NCBI GenBank assembly: GCA_016935265.1
Contig: JAFGRH010000043.1
Coordinates: 1-59,157 of the forward strand
Direction of reading: 5' to 3'
Source: Candidatus Woesearchaeota archaeon
Lineage (GTDB): Archaea; Nanobdellota; Nanobdellia; Woesearchaeales; UBA10216
DNA: 59,157 bases
Part shown: positions 8,227 through 17,340 of the stretch, one piece after another
How the letters are laid out: every line of letters starts with the position of its first letter
Position numbering within the stretch: position 1 is the stretch's first letter
Translations under genes and position numbers: made by a program
The notes under the pieces: model-generated
What the model was told of the DNA's origin: nothing
Databases searched by the model: none
The model's input: only the letters and a program-made list of their open reading frames with translations

Positions 8227-9123
8227 ATGTTCTGGGTTGTGTTTGCATTGGCAGGGACTTTTCTGTGGGCCTGCGCCAATGTCTTTGACAAGGTTCTGAG
8301 GGAAAAATACCTTAAGGACTCGATTGCCCTTACAGCGCTTTTTGCAATACCCTATTTCCCTATCGTTTTAATCCTCTTTGCCTTTATTGGAGTTCCTCAC
8401 CTTCCTTTTTGGCACGGGCTTGCAGCTTTTGCTTGCGGCTTCATCTTCCCCGTAGCAGCGATATCCTATTTCAAGGCGCTTTCTCTTGAGGAAGCCTCAA
8501 GGGTAGTGCCGCTTTTCAACCTCTCTCCTGTCTTTGTTCTTTTTATGGCGGTAATTTTTCTTGGCGAAGTGCTCACACCTGTTCGTTACTTGGCTTTTTT
8601 CCTCATTCTGGTTGGCGGCCTTCTGATATCTGCAAGGCGGCTTGGAAGAATCTTTCATTTGAGCAGGGCAGCTGGTTTTATGCTTCTGGGCGCTTTTGTG
8701 ATAGCGGTAATGGACGTACTGCTGAAATTTTCCCTTGGCGCAGGGGACTTCTGGCACGTCATGGTTCTTTACTCATTTGGCACAATGCTCGGAGAGCTTT
8801 CCCTTTTCATTCTTCCCAAGGTCAGAAAGAGCGTATCCCTAAAGGTATTCTCCGGAAAGAGAATTGCCCTTATCCTAATTCCCATTAGCCTTTTCTTTGG
8901 CTTTACAGGAGACCTTCTCTACAACCGCGCGCTTTTTTTTGGGCCAGTCACAATAGTAAGCTCTATGATAAGCTTCCAGAGCCTTTTCCTTCTCGTTATT
9001 GCGACTTTCCTCTCTGTCAAGTTCCCGCTTTTCCTTAAGGAGGCAATTGACCGCAAGACTCTAAGCATAAAGCTTGCCGCAATAATCCTTATGGCTGCAG
9101 GGCTTTTCCTTCTTTCACTCTGA
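8227..9123 (+). CDS. EamA/DMT-family transporter.
   Basis: About 10 TM segments in two EamA-like halves. Tandem paralog of 9161..10057 with identical length (298 aa) and the shared motif ..NV(F)(D/E)KV(L/I)R..YLKDS. Confidence 0.8.
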   Translation: MFWVVFALAGTFLWACANVFDKVLREKYLKDSIALTALFAIPYFPIVLILFAFIGVPHLPFWHGLAAFACGFIFPVAAISYFKALSLEEASRVVPLFNLSPVFVLFMAVIFLGEVLTPVRYLAFFLILVGGLLISARRLGRIFHLSRAAGFMLLGAFVIAVMDVLLKFSLGAGDFWHVMVLYSFGTMLGELSLFILPKVRKSVSLKVFSGKRIALILIPISLFFGFTGDLLYNRALFFGPVTIVSSMISFQSLFLLVIATFLSVKFPLFLKEAIDRKTLSIKLAAIILMAAGLFLLSL

Positions 9124-9160
9124 CGAAAAGTTCTTAAACTGGAATTTTGTAATTTGCAGC

Positions 9161-10057
9161 ATGGAGTGGCTTTTGCTTGCCCTGTTGTGGCCCTTGATGG
9201 GTGCTGTCGTAAACATTTTTGAGAAAGTTATAAGGACAAACTACCTTAAGGACTCCCTAGTAATTTCAATGATGTGGGGGCTTTCGGTTTTCATTATCCT
9301 TCTCCTGCATCCTTTTATTAACGTAGTCTCGCTGCCTTTCATGAGCGCTTTGGCCGCTATAGGCGTTGGCGCTCTTTCCCTTTTCGCGTTCATACCCTAC
9401 TATTATGCTCTTTCATTTGAGGAAATATCAAGAGTCGTCCCTATGTGGCAGGTCTCCTCGGTCTTTGTGGTATTTGGAGCGGCTTTGCTGCTAGGCGAGA
9501 CCCTGACCGGTCCCCAATACGTTGCCCTTGCCCTTATTTTCACAGGGACTTTCCTTCTGGCTCTTAAGAGAACCAATACTTTCTTCAGGATTACCCCTGC
9601 TGTATCTTTTGTAATGTTTGGCGGCTTCATCTACGCAATCGTCCACATTCTTCTTAAGTTCACAATAGCCGCAAATAACCCCTTAGCCTTCACCTTCTGG
9701 ATATATGTGGGGCATCTTCTCGCCGCAGTTTTGCTTTACATGAAAAGGAGGGTGAGACGCAGGGTTTACCTCGCTTTCAGGCGGATTACGCTTAAAGGCG
9801 CTGTTGTAGTGATGCTTGCCCTCACCTTAGGCCCTGTTGTAACCATTACTCTTACTCTGGCTATGCAGGGAGGCACCGCTTCTGTCGTCAATGTCATAGG
9901 AAACACCAAGTCCTTCTTCGTGCTTCTTTACTCAACCCTTCTTTCGCTCTGGTTCCCGCACGTCCTTAAGGAGAACATAAAGCCTTATGTCCTTTACAAG
10001 AAAATCTCCGCAATCGCGCTGATACTGGCAGGGGTAGCCATACTGCAGTTCATATAA
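9161..10057 (+). CDS. EamA/DMT-family transporter (tandem paralog).
   Basis: Same architecture and length as 8227..9123. Confidence 0.8.
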   Translation: MEWLLLALLWPLMGAVVNIFEKVIRTNYLKDSLVISMMWGLSVFIILLLHPFINVVSLPFMSALAAIGVGALSLFAFIPYYYALSFEEISRVVPMWQVSSVFVVFGAALLLGETLTGPQYVALALIFTGTFLLALKRTNTFFRITPAVSFVMFGGFIYAIVHILLKFTIAANNPLAFTFWIYVGHLLAAVLLYMKRRVRRRVYLAFRRITLKGAVVVMLALTLGPVVTITLTLAMQGGTASVVNVIGNTKSFFVLLYSTLLSLWFPHVLKENIKPYVLYKKISAIALILAGVAILQFI

Positions 10058-10095
10058 ACGCAAAGATTTTTATAATCCCCGCCCACACAGCAGTT

Positions 10096-10533
10096 ATGAA
10101 AGTTATCTTCGGCGCAGACCATGGTGGCTATAAGCTGAAGGAAGTTCTGAAAGTATACGTAAAAGAGCTTGGCTACGAAGCTTTAGACCTCGGTACAGAC
10201 TCTGAGGATTCAGTTGACTATCCTGACTATGCGGCTTCTGTCTCAAGGAAAGTCGCTGCAGGGGATGGCTTCGGAATCCTTGTCTGCCGCTCTGCAGCAG
10301 GCATGGTAATGGCTGCCAACAAGATAAGGGGCATCAGGGCAGTTGCTGCCTTTGACGTCAAGTCAGCCAAGCATTCGAAGGAGCACAACGATGCAAATGT
10401 CCTTGCATTGTCAGGGGACTGGCTAACGGATGAGCAGGCAAAGGCGATAGTAAAAGCCTGGCTCGAAACGCCCTTCAGCAATGAGCCGCGCCATGCCAAA
10501 AGGATAAGGAAGATAATGGCTCTGGAAAGTTAA
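10096..10533 (+). CDS. rpiB: Ribose-5-phosphate isomerase B (RpiB/LacAB family).
   Basis: MKVIFGADHGGYKLKE..DYPDYA..GILVCRSAAGMVMAANK..IRAV......AK.S.EHNDANVLAL. Confidence 0.85.
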   Translation: MKVIFGADHGGYKLKEVLKVYVKELGYEALDLGTDSEDSVDYPDYAASVSRKVAAGDGFGILVCRSAAGMVMAANKIRGIRAVAAFDVKSAKHSKEHNDANVLALSGDWLTDEQAKAIVKAWLETPFSNEPRHAKRIRKIMALES

Positions 10534-10534
10534 A

Positions 10535-11005
10535 ATGGAGTTCGCCCTTTACGCTTTAACTGCCCTGATTTCCTTTCTCGGAGTCTTTGTTGGCGGGATA
10601 CTGGCATTTATCTCACCTGAGGAGATGCCGACCGGAAAAAAATATTTTCCTGTTTTGCAGGCAGCTTGCGTTCTTGCTTTTGCAGCATTTTTTTCGCATT
10701 TCTTAGGTCTGCCCGGCGCTCTCAGGTTTGCCATATACCTGGGCGTTCTAGCATACGCCTTCTTCAAGCAAAACACCGTGATTGTTTACTATCTTCTTGG
10801 GATTTTACTCTCATTCGTTTCCTCAGACAATAATGCGTTGCTTACGCTTTCAATGATTGCCTTCATTTACGGCGTGGCTTCAGGGAGCCTTTACGCGGCA
10901 GCCTCCAAGCTGCCTAAAATCAGGGCAATCTCAAAGCTACTCTTTATCCACAGCCCGTTCCTTTTCTTGTCCATCTTTACCGAGTTTTTCAGAAACGTTT
11001 TTTAA
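10535..11005 (+). CDS. Integral membrane protein, function unknown.
   Basis: ORF track. Four to five hydrophobic segments. Its start abuts the rpiB stop. Confidence 0.5.
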   Translation: MEFALYALTALISFLGVFVGGILAFISPEEMPTGKKYFPVLQAACVLAFAAFFSHFLGLPGALRFAIYLGVLAYAFFKQNTVIVYYLLGILLSFVSSDNNALLTLSMIAFIYGVASGSLYAAASKLPKIRAISKLLFIHSPFLFLSIFTEFFRNVF

Positions 11006-11026
11006 TGCGCCGCATTTTCTCAGCTT

Positions 11027-12520
11027 ATGCTTTATACAATACTGGACTGCTATACTGACGAGCCCTCCGGCCTAGGCGTCCCGCCTTATCTCGGGACTTA
11101 TCCGAGGTATTTGGCAGGAGCTGTATCCTCTGAAAAGGGCGATTATTGTTACCTTACTGTTGATGACCTCCGCCTCTGGAAAAAATACGGCTCTGTGCAG
11201 AAAAAAACAAAGGAGTCTGAAAAAACCAATATCCGCGTGCATAACCTGACAAAAAACTATCCTGACGTCAGCAGGATACTTAAGAAGACAGACGTCCTTA
11301 TTGTTGTTATCGGCGTGCAGACCCCCGGCAAATACTTAAGCGCCGTCCCCGGAACGCTTTCTGAAGTTGTCCCTATGATTAAAGAGCTTCCCTGCCGCAA
11401 AGTCCTTACAGGCCCGGCTGCCATGGGCGGAACTCAGCTTTACGGAGGAAAGCATTTTGAGCAGGTTTCTGAGCAAGTTTTTGACGAGATTGATTTCAAC
11501 TATAAAGGCATAAACGAATTCCCAAAAATCAAGAGGCTCGCGGTTGCCGGAGCCTCCATCCTCAATCATATCCCTTACGAAATAATTGCGGAAATAGAAA
11601 CCATGAAAGGCTGCATTCGCGGCAAGGGCTGCAGCTTCTGCACAGAGCCCCTGAAGAACAGGTTCTCCTCAAGAGAGCAGGGGGACATCATTGACGAAAT
11701 GAAGGCACTTTACTCTTCAGGCGTGAGGCACTTCAGGCTTGGAAAGCAGACTTGCTTCTACACTTACAAGAACTACAATCCTGCCGAGGTAAAAAAGCTT
11801 CTCGCTGCCATAAGAAAGAGCCTGCCTCAAATAAAAACCCTGCACATTGACAATGTCAACCCTGCTTATGTTGTCGGAAAGCACGGCCGAGAAATAACAA
11901 AGCTTATTGTTGAGCACTGCACTCCCGGCAATGTTGCCGCTTTCGGGGCAGAGACGTTTGATGAAGAAGTTGTCAAGAAGAACAACTTAAACACGACGCC
12001 TGAGCAGACTTTCGATGCTGTTAGGATAATAAATGAAATTGGAGGCATGAGAGGCTCTAACGGCATGCCCTGCTTCCTTCCGGGAATAAACCTCATATTC
12101 GGGCTTAACGGAGAGTCAAAGGAAACATTCAGCAAGAACTATTACTGGCTTAAGAAAATCCTTGACAGCAACCTTCTCCTGAGAAGGATAAACATAAGGC
12201 AGCTTGCCGTTTTTCCCGGCACAGAGATAGCCGCTTCTGTTGGCAACAAGTTTGTCAAGAAGAACAGGAAGCATTACTGGGGCTGGCGAAAAAAGATAAG
12301 GGAGGAGATAGACCTTCCCATGCTCAAAAAGCTTGTCCCTTCAGGAACAGTCCTCAAGGAGGTCAGGGCAGAGATATACGACGGCAAAACCACTTTTGCA
12401 AGGCAGTTCGGCACATACCCCCTAATAGTCGGCATAACGGGGAGGGTTCCGCTTGAAAAATACTTCTCGGTTAAAGTAACAGGCCATCTGCTGAGAAGCA
12501 TAACGGGGGTAGTTAGCTGA
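11027..12520 (+). CDS. Radical SAM domain protein.
   Basis: The cluster motif MKGCIRGKGCSFCTEP has CX5CX2C spacing rather than CX3CX2C. Downstream elements HIDNVNP, FGAETFD and NLIFGLNGES are typical of the radical SAM TIM barrel. Confidence 0.65.
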   Translation: MLYTILDCYTDEPSGLGVPPYLGTYPRYLAGAVSSEKGDYCYLTVDDLRLWKKYGSVQKKTKESEKTNIRVHNLTKNYPDVSRILKKTDVLIVVIGVQTPGKYLSAVPGTLSEVVPMIKELPCRKVLTGPAAMGGTQLYGGKHFEQVSEQVFDEIDFNYKGINEFPKIKRLAVAGASILNHIPYEIIAEIETMKGCIRGKGCSFCTEPLKNRFSSREQGDIIDEMKALYSSGVRHFRLGKQTCFYTYKNYNPAEVKKLLAAIRKSLPQIKTLHIDNVNPAYVVGKHGREITKLIVEHCTPGNVAAFGAETFDEEVVKKNNLNTTPEQTFDAVRIINEIGGMRGSNGMPCFLPGINLIFGLNGESKETFSKNYYWLKKILDSNLLLRRINIRQLAVFPGTEIAASVGNKFVKKNRKHYWGWRKKIREEIDLPMLKKLVPSGTVLKEVRAEIYDGKTTFARQFGTYPLIVGITGRVPLEKYFSVKVTGHLLRSITGVVS

Positions 12521-14462
12521 AAAGCCTTGAGAAAAATACATCTATCTTCTGCCAGAAGCTCAGTTTTTCAAGTATTATTCCGGCGCTCGCCTGTTCTTTG
12601 TATTCAACTCCTTTGCTGTCAGAATAAGTTGCTTCTATGGTGATTGAGTTGCTGCCCTCCCTAAGGTCCTTTCCTTTCATCTTTAAGACATAGTTCTGCG
12701 CGTTTTCCAGGCTTTCCACATCCCAGGCTTTCTCGTAATCTTCCACCTTAACGATAACCCCTAAATTTTCAGGGTCTGAGGCAGAGGTCTTTCTTAAGAG
12801 GAAGGAAATGTTAAACCTTTCGCCGTATTTTACTTTCTCGGGGATTTCCATCTCGCTTATTTCAACTTCTGGAGCGTCAAGCACTGTAAAATCCGCAAAC
12901 CCGTGGCTCTCTTTTCCGTCGAACTTCGCCGTTACCCTTATTCTCTGCCTTCCTGTGCTCGCAGGCTCCTGAAGAAGGCTTACCTTTTCAGCCCTGCCTA
13001 TGCTCAGGTCAGTAGTCGCACAGCTGTCTGCGCAGACGCTCACGCCTTTTATGTAAGTGTTTCCAGTATTGGTCAGGGTGCAGATTATGCTTATTTTCTC
13101 GTACTCATAAATATCCTCTGCAGAGCACTTGACGTCCACCAGAGTCCTGTAGTCCTTCTCTTCTTCAACCTCAAGGTTTTCCAAGGTTTGGAGGGGCACA
13201 TTAATGCCATAGGATGCTGCCTTGAAGCTCGTATTGTGCATGTTGTCTCCGGAGTATACAGTTACCGGGAAGGTGTACTTGTACCCTTTGTCAAGCCCCG
13301 GGGAAACCCTTAGCAGGAAATGAACTTTCTTTTTTTCATTTGGCGCGAGCATGACATTCTTCTTCCTTTCCCCTATAACCTCAAGGTTTTCTGTTTTTGA
13401 TACTGAGATGTCGTAAGAAACATAGTAGTCATTTATGTTCTCTATCTCTGCTTCAACAGCATTGTAGGAGCCGAAGCCTACTTCCTGCTCAAAAGGCTTT
13501 GCCGTTATGCGGATTTCCTTGGCAGGCGTGCCTACTGCCTTCTTTACTCTTACTTCAGCATTCAGGTCCCCGCTTACAACCCTGAGATTCTTGCCCTTCC
13601 ATTCATACTTCGTCACAGTATCCGAAGGGTCTGGCGTTTCAAGCAGCTTTATGTGGCCTGCGTCAATATAGCCATATTCCCCATAAGTAACATCAAAGGG
13701 CACCCATCCGTATCCTGGGAAATAAACTTCTGCCCAGCCGTGAAAGCCCCATTCCTCCTCGAAAAGAGGGGAGTTGGTGTAGGTTAATCCTGAAACAAAC
13801 CTTGCAGGGATACCGACTGCCCTGTTCATTGCTATGAAAAGCGCAGAGAGCTCATCACACACGCCCTGCCTGTTTTTCAGAACCCAGCTTGCAGACTGCG
13901 TTATGTCTTCTGTAAGCGTTCCCAGGTTGTAGTCTATGTTCGCGTTTGTCCAGACTGCAAGGTTGTTAACGACCTCATAAAGGTCCTCCTCCCCTGCTGC
14001 AAGCTCTGAGGCTTTCTCTATTATTTCAGGGTGGTTTGAGTCAATGTACTTTGTCGGCTTTGTGTATTCCTCCTGCTCGGAAACCAGTATGGGGAAAGGA
14101 ACTTTCCCTTTTATTTCCGGCCTGTATCGTCTTACAAGCACCTCAGTGTCAACCCTGATCTCATGCGTTCCTTCATCAGGGCTTTCCCACGTAAGGATAA
14201 TGGAATTGCCTTCTTCAACGCCGTCCGGAACCATTGAGATTATTGCAGCATCCTGGTTAGGGTAATTCTTCGGCACTATTGTGAGGTTTGTCCTCAGGTA
14301 AGAGATTGCATAATCGCTCCTTTCTGCATAAATTGCAGCCTCTGAGTGCATGCTTACTTCAGCAAGCACAGACTCGCTTCTTAGCACTAAGTCCTGCTCT
14401 TCATCTATTGCCGCAGCAAAAGGTAATGCAAAAAGTATCAGCGCAGCTAAAATTAATTTCAT
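12513..14462 (-). CDS. Secreted transglutaminase-like cysteine protease-fold protein.
   Basis: Transglutaminase core: QGVCDELSALFIAMNRAVGIPARFVSG ... GFHGWAEVYFPGYGWVPFDVT (Cys-His-Asp). I place the start at the internal Met (MKLILAALILFALPFAAA signal) rather than at the ORF-track start 14507. Confidence 0.8.
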   Translation of the reverse strand: MKLILAALILFALPFAAAIDEEQDLVLRSESVLAEVSMHSEAAIYAERSDYAISYLRTNLTIVPKNYPNQDAAIISMVPDGVEEGNSIILTWESPDEGTHEIRVDTEVLVRRYRPEIKGKVPFPILVSEQEEYTKPTKYIDSNHPEIIEKASELAAGEEDLYEVVNNLAVWTNANIDYNLGTLTEDITQSASWVLKNRQGVCDELSALFIAMNRAVGIPARFVSGLTYTNSPLFEEEWGFHGWAEVYFPGYGWVPFDVTYGEYGYIDAGHIKLLETPDPSDTVTKYEWKGKNLRVVSGDLNAEVRVKKAVGTPAKEIRITAKPFEQEVGFGSYNAVEAEIENINDYYVSYDISVSKTENLEVIGERKKNVMLAPNEKKKVHFLLRVSPGLDKGYKYTFPVTVYSGDNMHNTSFKAASYGINVPLQTLENLEVEEEKDYRTLVDVKCSAEDIYEYEKISIICTLTNTGNTYIKGVSVCADSCATTDLSIGRAEKVSLLQEPASTGRQRIRVTAKFDGKESHGFADFTVLDAPEVEISEMEIPEKVKYGERFNISFLLRKTSASDPENLGVIVKVEDYEKAWDVESLENAQNYVLKMKGKDLREGSNSITIEATYSDSKGVEYKEQASAGIILEKLSFWQKIDVFFSRLFS

Positions 14463-14488
14463 TGTTTTATTAACAGCTGCATCGCTTT

Positions 14489-14983
14489 TTAATTGTTTCC
14501 ATGCCACATCCGATCAAACTCATTGGCATACTTCACAGCAATTCTGCTGTCCCTTATCACAATCAGGTTGTCGTCATTCACCGAGTCAGCGCTTTTTGTC
14601 GGGTTGAAGCTGCCCGTTATTACAGTCTTTTTGTCTATTACGAAGAACTTGTGGTGCATCAGCGCAGAGTTGCTGTCGTGCTTTACATTAACGCCCTGCT
14701 CCAGAAGCCTTTGGTACTGCGAATACCTGCTGTTTATGTTGTTCTTCTCAATTATGCCCCTCACTTCCACGCCATTATGATGGCTCAGTATAAGCTCAGT
14801 GGCTATCAGGGGGTGCGTCAGGGTGTAGGACGCAAAAACCACCTCCTCCTCTGCCCCCGAAAGCTCTTCTGCTATTATCTCAGCGCACCCCTCCTCATGG
14901 CAGAAATAAGCCTTTTCTTCGGGGCAGCTTATGATGCTGTAGCAGAGCGCCAGCGCAAGAACAGCCACTATGGCGAGCTTCAT
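14489..14983 (-). CDS. Secreted phospholipase D-family (Nuc-like) nuclease/phosphodiesterase.
   Basis: Signal peptide MKLAIVAVLALALCYSIISC. HKD motif HHKFFVIDKKTVITGSFNPTKSADSVNDDN. Confidence 0.8.
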   Translation of the reverse strand: MKLAIVAVLALALCYSIISCPEEKAYFCHEEGCAEIIAEELSGAEEEVVFASYTLTHPLIATELILSHHNGVEVRGIIEKNNINSRYSQYQRLLEQGVNVKHDSNSALMHHKFFVIDKKTVITGSFNPTKSADSVNDDNLIVIRDSRIAVKYANEFDRMWHGNN

Positions 14984-15177
14984 AAAAAAGCCTTCTCCGG
15001 CAGGAATTTAACCTTTTTCCTTTAAAAAGCTCAGATTTTGCGGCTTCTTGGAAAAGCCTCCAAGCCATCCGGAAATTAGTTGTTACTACTCTTGTATACT
15101 CAAAAACACAAATATTTAAATAGGAGTTAATACTACTCTACAGTAAACACAAGTTAACGATCACCTCTTTTTCCCCA

Positions 15178-15199
15178 GGGGAACTCTTCGGAGTTCCCC
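15178..15199. terminator. Perfect 9-bp GC-rich hairpin with a UUCG/CGAA loop, just downstream of the Lon-like gene.
   Basis: GGGGAACTC-TTCG-GAGTTCCCC sits 7 nt beyond the stop at 15206-15208. Its role as a terminator is inferred. Confidence 0.3.
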
Positions 15200-15205
15200 C
15201 AGGGT

Positions 15206-16966
15206 TTAGCGCTTTTTTCTCCTTATTATTATCCTTCTCTTCCTGTAAATGCGCCTTGAGAGGCTCATCGCTATTGCAAACCCTGTTAAGAGCCCTGCAA
15301 GCAGGAAAAGAAGGGGTATTAACGGCTTCTTTATCTCATCCGGCAAAGAAGACTCATGCCTGTCAAAATATATGTCTATGTTGCTTAGCTCCAAAGCGTA
15401 TTCTGAATACAAAAGGGAAGAGTATGCATCGCTTTCTTTCAGTGAGTTTGCATACTCGTAATAGCTGTATCCAACTATCGGGAAAAAGCCTTTTTCTGTC
15501 TGCTCTATTATGTTTTCTTTTGTCGCGTCAAGCTTGGCCTGAAGCAGGTCCTCTACCCTTTCTTCATCAACCCCCAGTACGCTAAGCAAGGTATTTGCCT
15601 CTGCCTTTGCCTTGCTTGCCTTGAAGATGCAAAGCTCATACTCCCTGTTCTCAAGCTTTTCGTAAGCCATATCTAGGTCTGCTCTTGTTCCTGCCAATGC
15701 CTGCGGGAAAAACAGGTTTACGTATTCATACCTCTCTTCAGCCTCCCCGAGCTTGCTCAGGCAGGAAGCTTCCAAGTCCTCTTCCATAAGGCTGAGCTCT
15801 ATGCTTCCCTTGCCGATAAACTTGCTCCAGGACTCTGCGCTGTAAAGCCTCTCCACGCCATATGTCAGCTGGTAAACAGCATCCTCAACCAAGCCTTCAG
15901 AAAGAAGCAGGCTGCTGCTTTCAAGGTGAGCGCGAGCCTCATCAAGCCTTTCCCTTACAAGGCTGTAGCTCTGGAGGTCTGTAAGCGTAACGTAGTCGGG
16001 AATGCTCTCCTCAAACTTATCTGTCTCATTTCCCGCATGCGCAATCATATCGTTAATCTCATTTTCAGTGTAGTTTTCTGAAAGCAATATAGCATACCTT
16101 GTGTTTATGTTTGCCCCGAAGCACCTGCTTGCCATTGTGTAATAATTTCCCTCCCCGCCCGCTTCCTCTGCCTGCCTTGTGAGGTTTTCCGCTGACCTGA
16201 TTATTTCTTCATAGCCCTCTGTTTCTTTTGCCTCTGAAGCAAGCTCTTTGTTCCTTTCACAGAGCATTTCAGCAAGCTCCCTCATCACTTCTGAATAAGT
16301 CTCGTCAACCGAAACATCCCCCCTTTTCCTCTCATAGAGCCTTCCTGTGAAGTAAAACATCGCTTCTCTCAGGTCCTGCACTTCAACAACCTTTATGCCG
16401 AGTTCTTCACCGTACTCAAAAACATCTACTGTTTTGTTTCCCATCTCGACAAAGCGCTCTCCTTCAGGTATTAGAACCATTTCTATTCCAATGTCTGAGG
16501 CAGCCTCTATCTTCTGGACTATCCCGCCTACAGGCCCTACAAGCTCGCCTGAGTTTATCGTTCCGGTAAGCGCGACGCTCTGGTCCATTGGTAGGTCTTC
16601 AAGAAGCGCAAGCGTCAGTACAGAAGCGGCAGCGCCTGCACTCGGGCCGCCGACTATTGTCGACTTTGCCCTTATAGTGTAGAAGAAATCGTAATCATTG
16701 CAGTTTCCCTCAAACCTGCTGCAAACAATCTCCTTAGCAAACCTCGTGGAAATCTGCGTGTCTATCTTTGTAAGGGGAAAGGACTCTATGAAAACCCTTC
16801 CGGTGCCCGGCGTGATTATTAGCGAGAGCTCTGCAGGGCTCCCCTCGTAAGAGCCGTCCACCTCTCTCACGGCAAGGAGCGCCATCTTGCCTTCCTTTGC
16901 TTCCTGCGCCCCCGCCTGCACCGCAGCAAGCATCACCGCTATAAGCACTATTATCAGCTTATTCAT
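15206..16966 (-). CDS. Secreted or membrane-anchored Lon-type (S16) protease-domain protein.
   Basis: GGPSAGAAASVLTLALLEDLPMDQSVALTGTINSGELVGPVGGIVQKIEAA is the Lon proteolytic-domain Ser region. There is a C-terminal TM segment. I chose the start at MNKLIIVLIAVMLAA (16966) rather than the ORF-track start 17038. That leaves room for the promoter TTTATATAAAG. Confidence 0.7.
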   Translation of the reverse strand: MNKLIIVLIAVMLAAVQAGAQEAKEGKMALLAVREVDGSYEGSPAELSLIITPGTGRVFIESFPLTKIDTQISTRFAKEIVCSRFEGNCNDYDFFYTIRAKSTIVGGPSAGAAASVLTLALLEDLPMDQSVALTGTINSGELVGPVGGIVQKIEAASDIGIEMVLIPEGERFVEMGNKTVDVFEYGEELGIKVVEVQDLREAMFYFTGRLYERKRGDVSVDETYSEVMRELAEMLCERNKELASEAKETEGYEEIIRSAENLTRQAEEAGGEGNYYTMASRCFGANINTRYAILLSENYTENEINDMIAHAGNETDKFEESIPDYVTLTDLQSYSLVRERLDEARAHLESSSLLLSEGLVEDAVYQLTYGVERLYSAESWSKFIGKGSIELSLMEEDLEASCLSKLGEAEERYEYVNLFFPQALAGTRADLDMAYEKLENREYELCIFKASKAKAEANTLLSVLGVDEERVEDLLQAKLDATKENIIEQTEKGFFPIVGYSYYEYANSLKESDAYSSLLYSEYALELSNIDIYFDRHESSLPDEIKKPLIPLLFLLAGLLTGFAIAMSLSRRIYRKRRIIIRRKKR

Positions 16967-17040
16967 GCATACTGGGCAATAAGGTTTTTTATATAAAGCT
17001 ACTGACAAGTTTTTTAAACTTCCAGCCCTACCTGCCAATT

Positions 17041-17340
17041 ATGGCGTTTTCAAAGAGGTTTCCAAGGACAGTAAAAGGCTCTCCCTATCCCAGCTGGGAG
17101 GAGATAGCCCTTACAGATTCAGAAGAGCGCGAGATAGAGGAGCAGTCAAGGCAGGAGAATATTAAGCTCTTCCAGGAGTGCATCGAAGACGCCAAAAAAA
17201 TAGCCTCTTCAAAGAGCCTTAAGGACTACCAGACAGACCTAATCCACATCGCCATATCCCTATTCGAGAAACGGGCTTCTCATTCAGTCTACCAAAAGGA
17301 AAGGCGCTGTAAGGATAAGTTTGAAGAGAAATCGCCTTAG
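17041..17340 (+). CDS. Hypothetical protein.
   Basis: ORF track only; charged, helical-looking sequence. Confidence 0.35.
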   Translation: MAFSKRFPRTVKGSPYPSWEEIALTDSEEREIEEQSRQENIKLFQECIEDAKKIASSKSLKDYQTDLIHIAISLFEKRASHSVYQKERRCKDKFEEKSP

